64,000 nt of DNA from Felis catus (Eukaryota): positions 30,380,001 to 30,444,000 of the forward strand of contig NC_058370.1 in the NCBI RefSeq assembly GCF_018350175.1, read 5' to 3'. The position numbers and the translations under genes are program-made. This document shows, one piece after another, positions 12,773 to 22,194 of the stretch (positions are counted from its first letter, which is position 1; every line of letters starts with the position of its first letter). The notes under the pieces are model-generated. The model worked only from the letters and a program-made list of their open reading frames with translations. It was not told where the DNA came from and searched no databases.

Positions 12773-12778
12773 TTAATG
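12773..12778 (-). terminator. Probable SPEF1 poly(A) signal ATTAAA
   Basis: tttaat on + strand about 700 nt past the SPEF1 stop. Confidence 0.55.
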
Positions 12779-13477
12779 GGGGTAGTGCGGTCCTGTATCT
12801 CCAAAACATTCTCAAAGGTGCCCCCCCTAGGAGGGGAGGGAAGAGTGTTTGGAACAGGCACAGCCCATGTCTTCCCCACTCCTGGCTGAAGCCACTCCTC
12901 ACCCCTTCCTCTCCAGCTGCTGTGCTCTCCAGCCTCGAGTTGGGCCCCAGGTGAGCGCGCCGGAGAGGGAAGCTTCTCCCTCAGCTGCCTCGGGCAGCTT
13001 CCCCCGAGGTCCAGAGCGCAGAGAACTAGCCCGGACGGAGACGCCGCTGTCCTCAGGGCTGGGCGGGGACCTGTTTCTAGGGGTGTGCACCGAGTCGGGG
13101 CACCGCCCCCTAAGGCCCATAGCAGGGAGCACCAAGGTGGGGCCCCTGGTGTCGGGCATGGCTTTGGGGAGCATGCCAGGTCTCTGCACGTGGCTTCTGG
13201 GTTCTGGAAAGCGGTCCATTCTCCTGACCCGGATGGAGTGGAAGGAGGTGGGTCAGTCCGGGGGGCTACATTCTGAGGGCTCCTGCCTCACTGCCCCCCA
13301 ACTCACCCCCACCCCAAGGGAGGGGAGCGCTGGCACCCCATGAGACTCTTTGGAGCTGCTGGCTCCGCGCGCCCGTAGATCCGTCAGTCCGTCGGTGGGT
13401 GCGTGGGTGGGTGCGTCGGTCTCGGCGTCCGGGCTCTGGCGGGTACTGGGGAGTCCCCGCGCGGCCCCGGCCGCCGC

Positions 13478-16407
13478 TCACCGCTGCTTACGCTCTGCCT
13501 GCTGGAGCCGCCGGGAGAGATCGTCGATGCGCACGTTCTTGAGCTGCAGCAAATGCTCTAAGCGCCTCACCTTCATCTGCAGGACCTGGGCCGCGCCGCA
13601 CAAAGGTCAAGCCAGAGGCCCGCTGCCTTCTGTCCCCACCACAGCAGGCCCTAAGCACCCACCGCCCCACCACCACCCGCGCCTTCCCAGTCACCCTCAC
13701 CTGCACGGTCTCCTGAGAGGCCAACAGCTCCTGCTCCTTTTCAGCGATCTGGAGGACGAAGCTTGGGTCGCCCTGCAGTGCCTGACTATATCCCGGAGGT
13801 CGGGGCGCCGGCAGCCGGCCCCCCCTGGGGTGGGAAGCAGCTTAGCGGAGGCCCGAACCTCAGGCCCCATTTTCATCCTTCCAATGCCCCTCGGCCAGGC
13901 CTTTGCTCCCCGTCCCCTACACCCCCACTTCCTGCTTTCCCAGGAACAACCTGCCACCACCCTTACCTGCCAGCCCTGTGTAGGGAGATCACCAGGCCTG
14001 GTGAGGTAGGAACTCCCAGCCTCCTTACCTGAGCTGCCCTCCTCCTTGGGGGTCCGGGGCACCTTCCCCTCGGGCCTTCTGGGACAAACCTGAGACCAGG
14101 CAAGTGGAGGAGTTAACCGTGCTGGAGTCTTATTTTCCTGACTTCTCCCTTGCTTCCCCCAACCCCGGCCCCCCTTCCCCCATAGGAAGGAAGGACAGGA
14201 GGAAATCTTCTCCTGGGAGAGAAGAAAAGTAAAGGCCACTTTACCCACATCCATGTAGCCAGTGCCATCCTGGGGAGCCAGCTCCTGAAAGAACCCCCAG
14301 GGTTTACTGTGAGGTAGGATTCACTCATCCCCAAGGAGCCCTATGTCTCTTCCGTGGTCCCCAAGACCAGGCTCCCTTTGCCAGACACCCTTCTCCCACA
14401 CTTCTTGCCAAGGCCGGTCTTCCCGCTGCCTGGGAAGCTCCCACAAGTAGTGGGAGAAACTTGAGTGGGGTGGCACCTGTAAGGAGCCCGCGCCCTGCTT
14501 CCTGCGCCTCTGGCGCTCCTCCAGGCGCTGCCTCAGCGGAATGAGCACTAACTCCACCACGCCTGGCGCGCATTGCGCGATCTTGCGCATCACGTCCTCT
14601 GGTACCGAGAAGTTCAGCTTGTTCAGCACCTTCCTGGGAATAGACACAGGAATGGCGGACTGGGTCCTCGGGGAATGAAGTGAGGGGCGTGGGGGAGAAG
14701 GAAGGGGGTGCAGCCCTGGGGGAATGAGCCAGAATCTTGGTTGTCACGTTTCCTTTGTCTCCTCAAAAACAACAACAAAAAACCCTTGATTTTGTTATCA
14801 GTTCTGCCTGCGTTGTCCCTCCCTACCCTGACACCAACAGAGTCCCAAGCTTCCTGGGATCCTGGGGGGGGGGGGGGAGGGGGGGACGGGGTTAGAGATT
14901 TCGCTAGTGCACCCAAGTATTCTGCTACCTGTTTAGGTGACCCCAGTTGTTGAGCTTCTGTTGAAGAGAGTTGGCAGGGACATAATTGTGCATCTCCACC
15001 ATCTTGGGGAAGTAAAACTTGATGACTTCTGCGACCAGGACTGAGGGAATGGAAGCAGATGTGGAAAGTGGGGGAGGAGGCAGTAGGTAAGGGAGAAGGA
15101 GTAGGGAGAAGATGTGCGTGTAATGAGAGAATCGGGGGTTACAGAATGGTGTGACCAAGCGGATGGGTGGAGGTGTGGAAAGGGAACGGATGATAGGGAG
15201 GGAGGGGTGGTGGAGGAGAGGGAAGGAGTTCAAGAAAGCAAGATTAGAAATGAGTGATCAGGGGCGCCTGGGTGGCGCAGTCGGTTAAGCGTCCGACTTC
15301 AGCCAGGTCACGATCTCGTGGTCTGTGAGTTCGAGCCCCGCGTCGGGCTCTGGGCTGATGGCTCAGAGCCTGGAGCCTGTTTCCGATTCTGTGTCTCCCT
15401 CCCTCTCTGCCCCTCCCCCGTTCATGCTCTGTCTCTCTCTGTCCCAAAAATAAATAAATGTTGAAAAAAATTTTTTTAAATAAAAAAAAGAAATCAGTGA
15501 TCAGCCTCCCCTCCCTCTCTGCCCCTCCCCCGTTCATGCTCTGTCTCTCTCTGTCCCAAAAATAAATAAATGTTGAAAAAAATTTTTTTAAATAAAAAAA
15601 AGAAATCAGTGATCAGCCTCCAGCATACCCCAGAGAAGCAGCATCCCATCCCCATTAACTCAAGCATATGAAAACTGAGGTGTCTGGTCTTCAGAGAAGG
15701 AGTCTCCAAGAGAGCCTATCAGGAGCCTGGGGCCCCACCCTAGGCATTCACATGGACACACACACACACACACACACACTCCAACAGCAAAGTCCCAGGA
15801 TCACAAACACATAGGCACACAAGACCCCCTACATGCATACAGGACAGAATGTATCAACAAACATATGCACATACACAAGCTCAGAATCCCACAAGACAGA
15901 TGTATAGAATATAGTAATGAACAAGTACATACAAAGAGATGCACAAAAACATACACAGACACACGTCTTAGTCATTAAAGTCCCAGGAGGGCATCACAGA
16001 CTCACACTCAGACACCACAACCACACATGCCTAACGAATAGAACAAGGGGACATACATATAGACCCACACACAGCCATATTCCCACAGATACAGATAAAC
16101 ACACACGCGCACACATTTGTATAATTGAAGTTCCAGGAGATAGTCAGACCCCCCCCCCCCAACATACACATACCCACACGCACAGAAACACAAAGAGACA
16201 CATGCACACAGACCCCTTACACACGTACATACAGAATGTGTAGACAAATACGGACACATGGGACACACACAGGGGTGCACACACACTAAGGTGCACACCT
16301 CCATCACTGAAGTCCCTGGAGAGATTTCTCTTGGGCCGGGATAGGGGGATGTTGTCTACCCACAGGTACAGCTGGTGCAACGCCTCCTCGTCCACGCTGC
16401 CAGCCAT
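13478..16407 (-). CDS. SPEF1: Sperm flagellar protein 1 (CLAMP; CH-domain microtubule-binding protein), 236 aa
   Basis: Exons 16407-16299, 15040-14929, 14633-14477, 14284-14245, 14089-14029, 13824-13701, 13585-13478; all GT-AG; total 711 nt; MAGSVDEEALHQLYLWVDNIPLSRPKRNLSRDFSDGVLVAEVIKFYFPKMVEMHNY...LQQAERKQR*. Confidence 0.97.
15261..15490 (+). mobile_element. Young SINEC_Fc in SPEF1 intron 1
   Basis: CpG-intact consensus ggggcgcctgggtggcgcagtcggttaagcgtccgac; TSD agaaat(g/c)agtgatcag. Confidence 0.95.
15397..15620. repeat. Perfect 112-bp tandem duplication (15397-15508 / 15509-15620)
   Basis: SINE 3' half, tail, TSD and flank repeated at offset 112. Confidence 0.9.
15750..16298. repeat. 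CA/TG-rich low-complexity tract with degenerate 150-190-bp periodicity
   Basis: (CA)n runs separated by a recurring (a/g)aagt(c/t)cc(a/t)gga motif at 15789, 15977, 16127, 16309. Confidence 0.7.
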
Positions 16408-16571
16408 TGGCACCCCCAGCAAGGCAAGACCGTTCCAGTCGTGCAGCGTCAGCGCCAAACCGCACGATCTCTCAGATGCCTCTTCTTTCGCCACCGAAGG
16501 CGCCCAGACCGGCCTCTGCCTCTCAAACCGGGAAACTCGCTTCCCAGCTGGGAGCAGCCATATTGTTTTCT

Positions 16572-16629
16572 GAAACCATGGCAACTCTCCTTGACTCGGA
16601 GGGGAACAGGGGCTTCTGGGAATTGTAGT
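16572..16629 (-). promoter_or_regulatory. SPEF1 promoter: RFX X-box-like site and ZNF143/THAP11 SBS motif
   Basis: GAAACCATGGCAAC 16572-16585; revcomp ACTACAATTCCCAGAAGCC at 16611-16629. Confidence 0.75.
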
Positions 16630-17459
16630 TTTCTCCCTCTACCTACTCTCAGGCCCCAGCTTTGAATAGGCGATTAGGTGGCCTTGTCCTCCCCCACTCT
16701 GCGCCCACTCCACCTGATCAGCCACTGGCCCACCCTGGGACCTGCCAAACCCAACTGGGCCCTCAGAATCCCTGCCCCAGCATCCTCAGGGCCGAGATTC
16801 CCCTTCTGGATCCTTCAGCTGTCAGTCCCAAGTGAAGGCAGCATCCCAATGTTCCTCAGCTTTATCTGGGTGTCCACTGTAATTAATCATCTGCTGCTTC
16901 CCATCTGGATTGTGTGATAGGCTGTGTGACAGTGCCTCCTTGCTGGGTCCCTCCTCAAAGCTCTGTGCTATTAAGGCCATCACCACTACTGCCCTTCCCA
17001 GCAGTGTCCTGGTAGGGCATTTAATGTCACCCAGACTCCCAAGGAGAATATGAGGGCTCAAGGCCAGTGCCTCGGGCAGGTTATTTAACTCCTTAACCTT
17101 ATTTTCCCCCTTTGTGAAGTGGGAATGGTTCTATTTGTCCCAGTGGGGTAAGAGGGAGGAAAATGAGAAGGGTACTTACAGATCTGCATTTGTATGGGGA
17201 CTGAGGATATGGGAATTGGCTACAGGTATAAAAGCTGTAATAGCTCCTGTAAACACTCCCATAATCCCTCATCTCCCTCCAAAGAGCTGTTCTTCCTTGG
17301 GTTAAAATGGACTTCAGTAGCCAGTTTCATTTCAAAGGAGCACTATTTTTAGAAGGGTTAGGGATGTGGGTTCTGCCATAGTGAAAGGACACAAAGTAGC
17401 AGTAAAGGGGCTCCTAGGGTCAGCCAGGGAAGAAAGTTTGCTTCCACCGAAGACTAGCA

Positions 17460-17620
17460 ATGTGGCTTTGGACACATTACTGGACCTCTCTGTGTCTGTT
17501 TTCTCGTGGTTTCACCTACCTCATAGGGGTTTTGTGAGCATCTAAAGTGCTTAGCACAGCGCCTGGCACACAGCAAGGGCCCTATTAACATCACTTGGTG
17601 CCATCATTATTGAGATGATC
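17460..17620 (+). mobile_element. MIR fragment
   Basis: ctacctcataggggttttgtgagcatctaaagtgcttagcacagcgcctggcaca. Confidence 0.65.
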
Positions 17621-18272
17621 TCAGTTCCAGCAGAAGAGAAGACAAATGGAAATGATTTGCCTTGTTGGTATTTGAGATGAGGGACTGGGTTGAACAGGGG
17701 CACCTGGGGAGAAACCTACCGCTCCCATCTTACTCCAGAGCAGGCCAGGGGGTAGGCTGGGCTTCCTTAGGACTTTCCAGTTTCCTCCTCCATAGCTCAG
17801 ATGGAGGTAAGGGGAATCCCAACTACTTTTTGCCGTCACTTAGTTTCATTGCCTTTAAGGCTTACAGGGAAACCCTGAGTTCCAGGAGTGTGGAAGGCCA
17901 AGTATGGAATCGTCACTCTACCTTCTTGTTTTAAAATCATACATATTGGTCTTGCCTTTCTGAAGGTACCACACCCAGGGCAGGCAAGGGACAAAAGATG
18001 GCCTAGATATCCCCCCACCCCCAACATTCCAGGGTGGAGAGAGGAAGAACTGAAAGGAAGTAGTGGGGAGGGAACCACAGTGGTGATGTGCCAGCCCTGG
18101 TGAAGGTGGGAAAACCGGTTTGGGGCCCAGAGCTGCCTGGTCTCCCCAAGCCCAGGCCCTCCCCTAGTTGGAACCAAGGGGGCCTGAGGGCCTCAATGAG
18201 GGAGGGGCTGGGCCCTGACAGGAGAAAAGGGGTTAGAGATCAGCAGAGGCACCAATCTTCACCTTTGGACTG

Positions 18273-18292
18273 GGTGCCCCCTGGAGGGCACC
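18273..18292 (-). promoter_or_regulatory. Candidate CTCF site
   Basis: Revcomp TGCCCTCCAGGGGGCACC fits the CCASYAGRKGGCRS core. Confidence 0.5.
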
Positions 18293-18948
18293 ACAAAGTG
18301 AGTTGCCATTCTTCCTCAGCCTCTTGGGGGTGCAATGTATCCCAGGAATTTTATCTTCCTCCTGTACTGTCCCCAGGATAACCAGCCACCAGGCTCAGAA
18401 ATGCTAATCACTGAAAGGCCTAAAGGGCTCCCTCTTTAAGCATCAAAAGAAAACCAAGGGAGGCCCTGTATGTACCTCCGAACTCCAACCTGGACCACAG
18501 GAATTGCCCCAACACTCCTTTTGCTCTGCCTTCTGGCCCCACTCCTACAAGAACCAACTTTAACGGGCTTGATAGGCCTAGTTCCCAGTTTAATTTGGTC
18601 CAACAGCGATTGCTGGCTCCCTCCCTTCCCTCCTAGCCAACTGATCCTGAGCTGCTTCTTTCTAACTCCAAAGCAGGATAAGGCCCGACTTCCTCAAACC
18701 CAAGGAGATACACTAAAGACCCCTTCCTCCCCAAGCTTGGATAATACTTAGATATGGAGGTGGTCCCTCACCCCAGTCAGGGTGTAGGCTGTGGCCGCCC
18801 TCTCAACGCTTGGTTCCATGTCCCACCAGAGCAAGGACCAAAGGGAGCCAGGAAAGGACGTGTTCCCAAGATAGACGCAAGCCCAGACCATGAAGGATGC
18901 ACCCTTGGCTGTTAAAACGTTCACCCCCACAAAAGGGGGGTGGACAGA

Positions 18949-18954
18949 TTTATT
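18949..18954 (-). terminator. CENPB poly(A) signal AATAAA
   Basis: tttatt on + strand about 780 nt past the CENPB stop. Confidence 0.75.
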
Positions 18955-19733
18955 GAATTCAGACTGGGAAAGGAGCGGCTGGATGGCTGGACTCTGGGCC
19001 CAGCCCCAGGCACCCTGCCCAGGATAGGGCCCTGCCAGAGAGGGAGGAGAGGCATGGGGCCTGCAGCTACCCACAAGGGAAGTGCCCATTATCACTCCCC
19101 TGGAGGGCCTCTTGGGAACCTCCAATTTGGAAAGAAAACCAAGGGCCACAGTAACCTGGACTGGGCCAGAGAAAGGGATTGGGAAGATGGGGAAGCAGGC
19201 AGAGGCAGGCTCAGGAGCCTGCGGTGAGTTAGACTGTGCTTCTCAAGGCGGCCCAGGGGCAGGGTGGGGGGCTGCCAGCCTTGTGGCGGCCTAGGCTGGA
19301 CTTTCCTCTGGAGCCCTTCCCAGAATGGCTTTGGGGTCCCCCCCACCAAACACCTGGTGTGGACGGCAGAGGGGAGAGGCACTCTCCGGCCGGGAGCATC
19401 CAGGGCCCAACCCTGGCTGCTACTGTGGCCTAGTCCACTGATGGCACGGTGTGGTAGCACCGGACAGCTCCCCACCCTCCCCACCTGGTCCCCCAAGCCC
19501 AGGGGCAAATGGGGAGGAAAGAGGACTCTGAGAAAGAGGCAATAAGCAGGCAGTGAGGCTGACCCCAGCCCTGGGCCCTACCGAGGTGGCTGGGCCTGTC
19601 ACAGGGCCAGAGGAACATCACTAAAGGATCTGGAGCTCCCCATTCTGGCTCCATCCACAGCGGCTGCCCAGAGAGTCCTCTGCCCTGGGCTGGTGCTGCC
19701 ACATCTGGGTCGGGCATGGCTAGGCCCAGTGGC

Positions 19734-21554
19734 TCAGCTCTGATGTCCAAGACCCCGAACTCCTGCCTGCCGGGCATGGTTCTTCCTGGTCACGTGGACC
19801 AGATCGTGTTCCAAATGAAGGATGTGGCTCTGCACACGGTCATCAATGGGGAAGGAAGTCAGGTACCTCTTGNNNNNNNNNNNNNNNNNNNNNNNNNNNN
19901 NNNNNNNNNNNNNNNNNNNNNNNNNNNNNNNNNNNNNNNNNNNNNNNNNNNNNNNNNNNNNNNNNNNNNNNNNNNNNNNNNNNNNNNNNNNNNNNNNNNN
20001 NNNNNAGTCCTCTTCACCCTCCAGGAAATGGAGAGTAGGGCACTGGGCCTCCTCCTGGGCACTGTAGCCCCCGAAGCTGCCACCAGCTTCTACTACCCCC
20101 TGGGCCCAGTCCTCAGCCTCCAAGCCCTCAGAGGAGCTCTCTTCCTCCTCTTCCTCCTCCTCTTCATCACTGTCATCAACATCACCCTCCTCTTCCACCT
20201 CCTCTTNNNNNNNNNNNNNNNNNNNNNNNNNNNNNNNNNNNNNNNNNNNNNNNNNNNNNNNNNNNNNNNNNNNNNNNNNNNNNNNNNNNNNNNNNNNNNN
20301 NNNNNNNNNNNNNNNNNNNNNNNNNNNNNNNNNNNNNNNNNNNNNNNNNNNNNNNNNAGTGGTGATGGTGGCATTTGGGCCACCCCCGAAGCCAGCCTCA
20401 CGAAAGCAGGCAGCTATGTCCGAAGGCTCCACTGCCTGCCAGGCGGCAGCCACGAAGTGCAAGGCCTCCATCAAACCTAGCTGCAGGCCTGAACGATCCT
20501 GGCCCTCTAGTGCGGCCATGGCCTTGAGTAGCATAGCCTGGCGGTAGTGGCCCTTCACCTGTTGGACCACTCCCCGCTCCAGCGGCTGCACGGTGCCCGG
20601 CGGGAAGAAGGCCAGCTGTACATGCCGCAGGCCGGAGGTATCCAGGGATTGGGCAGCCAGGCGGCCGGCCAGTAGCAGGACTCGGCGAGACTCTGCAGCC
20701 ATGCGAGTGTCCAGGGCCTTCAGGTACTTGGCCAGGGCCTGCGTGGTGACACCACCCTTAGAGTTGGCGGTGTAGTCGCAAGGCAGGCCGGCTTGGCCTG
20801 CACGGGGCTTGGCCGACTTGCCGGCCACAAGCGGGGGCAGCTTCTCGCTACCGTCTGCGTTGGCGCACAGCAGGACGCTCAGGCGCTGGGTGGCCCTGCG
20901 CGCCCGTCCATCGCTGCCGCACAGCCCCGCAGCCTGGTCGGGCAGGAAGTCGTACCACAGACTGGTCTCAATGGCGCTGAACACGTCCTGGGAGGCGTAG
21001 CCCTCGGCCACCGACGGCGGCTGCTCCTCCCGAGCGCGCCAGCCCGTCGAACCCCCGCCGCTGCCCTCCGAGGGCACCGCAGGTGGGCTGGCGGGAGCCG
21101 CTGGGGGCCGGGGAGCAGCACTGCGCGACCGGGCGCGGGCCACACCGCTNNNNNNNNNNNNNNNNNNNNNNNNNNNNNNNNNNNNNNNNNNNNNNNNNNN
21201 NNNNNNNNNNNNNNNNNNNNNNNNNNNNNNNNNNNNNNNNNNNNNNNNNNNNNNNNNNNNNNNNNNNNNNNNNNNNNNNNNNNNNNNNNNNNNNNNNNNN
21301 NNNNNNNNNNNNNNNNNNNNNNNNNNNNNNNNNNNNNNNNNNNNNNNNNNNNNNNNNNNNNNNNNNNNNNNNNNNNNNNNNNNNNNNNNNNNNNNNNNNN
21401 NNNNNNNNNNNNNNNNNNNNNNNNNNNNNNNNNNNNNNNNNNNNNNNNNNNNNNNNNNNNNNNNNNNNNNNNNNNNNNNNNNNNNNNNNTCCTCCACCTC
21501 CTGGATGATCCGCGACTTCTCCCGGAACGTCAGNNNNNNNNNNNNNNNNNNNNN
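19734..21554 (-). CDS. CENPB: Centromere protein B, intronless domesticated pogo/Tigger-family transposase, about 606 aa
   Basis: Visible peptides LTFREKSRIIQEVE, SGVARAR...GGGPNATITT, EEVEEEGDVDDSD..., KRYLTSFPIDDRVQSHILHLEHDLVHVTRKNHARQAGVRGLGHQS*. ATG is inside N-run 21534-21698; placed at 21554 assuming the conserved MGPKRRQ precedes L8 (21533-21531). Confidence 0.96.
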   Translation of the reverse strand, partial: XXXXXXXLTFREKSRIIQEVEXXXXXXXXXXXXXXXXXXXXXXXXXXXXXXXXXXXXXXXXXXXXXXXXXXXXXXXXXXXXXXXXXXXXXXXXXXXXXXXXXXXXXXXXXXXXXXXXXXXXXXXXXXXXXXXXXXSGVARARSRSAAPRPPAAPASPPAVPSEGSGGGSTGWRAREEQPPSVAEGYASQDVFSAIETSLWYDFLPDQAAGLCGSDGRARRATQRLSVLLCANADGSEKLPPLVAGKSAKPRAGQAGLPCDYTANSKGGVTTQALAKYLKALDTRMAAESRRVLLLAGRLAAQSLDTSGLRHVQLAFFPPGTVQPLERGVVQQVKGHYRQAMLLKAMAALEGQDRSGLQLGLMEALHFVAAAWQAVEPSDIAACFREAGFGGGPNATITTXXXXXXXXXXXXXXXXXXXXXXXXXXXXXXXXXXXXXXXXXXXXXXXXXXXEEVEEEGDVDDSDEEEEEEEEESSSEGLEAEDWAQGVVEAGGSFGGYSAQEEAQCPTLHFLEGEEDXXXXXXXXXXXXXXXXXXXXXXXXXXXXXXXXXXXXXXXXXXXXXKRYLTSFPIDDRVQSHILHLEHDLVHVTRKNHARQAGVRGLGHQS

Positions 21555-22070
21555 NNNNNNNNNNNNNNNNNNNNNNNNNNNNNNNNNNNNNNNNNNNNNN
21601 NNNNNNNNNNNNNNNNNNNNNNNNNNNNNNNNNNNNNNNNNNNNNNNNNNNNNNNNNNNNNNNNNNNNNNNNNNNNNNNNNNNNNNNNNNNNNNNNNGGT
21701 GACCCGGCCGGGCCGGGGGCACCTTCGGGGGCGCCGGCGGGCGCGGCGCCGGGCGGCGGGCGGCAGGCGGCGGNNNNNNNNNNNNNNNNNNNNNNNNNNN
21801 NNNNNNNNNNNNNNNNNNNNNNNNNNNNNNNNNNNNNNNNNNNNNNNNNNNNNNNNNNNNNNNNNNNNNNNNNNNNNNNNNNNNNNNNNNNNNNNNNNNN
21901 NNNNNNNNNNNNNCCTCCGCGCCCACCCCCCTCCCCGCCGCCCCGGACCGACCGCGGGGGGGCGCTGCGGCCTGCTGGACCCGCTAGCGCTCGGGCGTCC
22001 GGAGACCCGCGGGCGAACGCGCGGGCAGGGGCGCGGTGCCCGGCCTCTGCGCCCAGTGGGCACCGACCTG
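20380..22070. promoter_or_regulatory. CpG island over the CENPB 5' half; bidirectional CENPB/upstream-CDC25B promoter
   Basis: Very high CpG density in non-N sequence; TATAAA on + at 22076-22081. Confidence 0.8.
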
Positions 22071-22120
22071 CTGTTTATAAAGAATAACAACTGTGTTTTG
22101 TGGTTTTTGTTTTGTGACAG

Positions 22121-22194
22121 CAAAATCTACGGAATCTGAAAAATACAGGAAACTAAAAATCATCTTTCACCCCAACACCTGGAGAAATGCGCAG
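22121..22194 (+). other. CDC25B: Candidate alternative upstream exon of CDC25B carrying an in-frame ATG (22187)
   Basis: Acceptor ttttgtggtttttgttttgtgacag|, donor GCAG|GTAACA; ATG CGC AG joins exon 2 (T GAG ACC) in frame to give MRSETPK. Confidence 0.7.

Noticed and set aside
13697-14254. 185-aa ORF starting in SPEF1 exon 4
   Set aside because: Read-through of 155-nt intron 4 shifts frame; the spliced model gives the conserved 236-aa protein
15261-15340. tRNA-like A/B-box sequence
   Set aside because: tRNA-derived SINE head followed by SINE body and A-tail; not a tRNA gene
21555-21926. ORF-track N-terminal extension of CENPB (730 aa, 'MGAE...')
   Set aside because: Starts at a non-ATG codon and reads through Ns; 21699-21773 is GC-rich 5' UTR, and LTFREK is residue 8 of CENP-B
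21952-21967. CTCF-like CCGCGGGGGGGCGCTG in the CENPB promoter
   Set aside because: Two mismatches at core YA positions; such matches are common in CpG islands
19716-22139. Long plus-strand ORFs (254 aa, 448 aa) antisense to CENPB
   Set aside because: Shadow ORFs from GC-rich codon usage and N-runs; no recognisable domain
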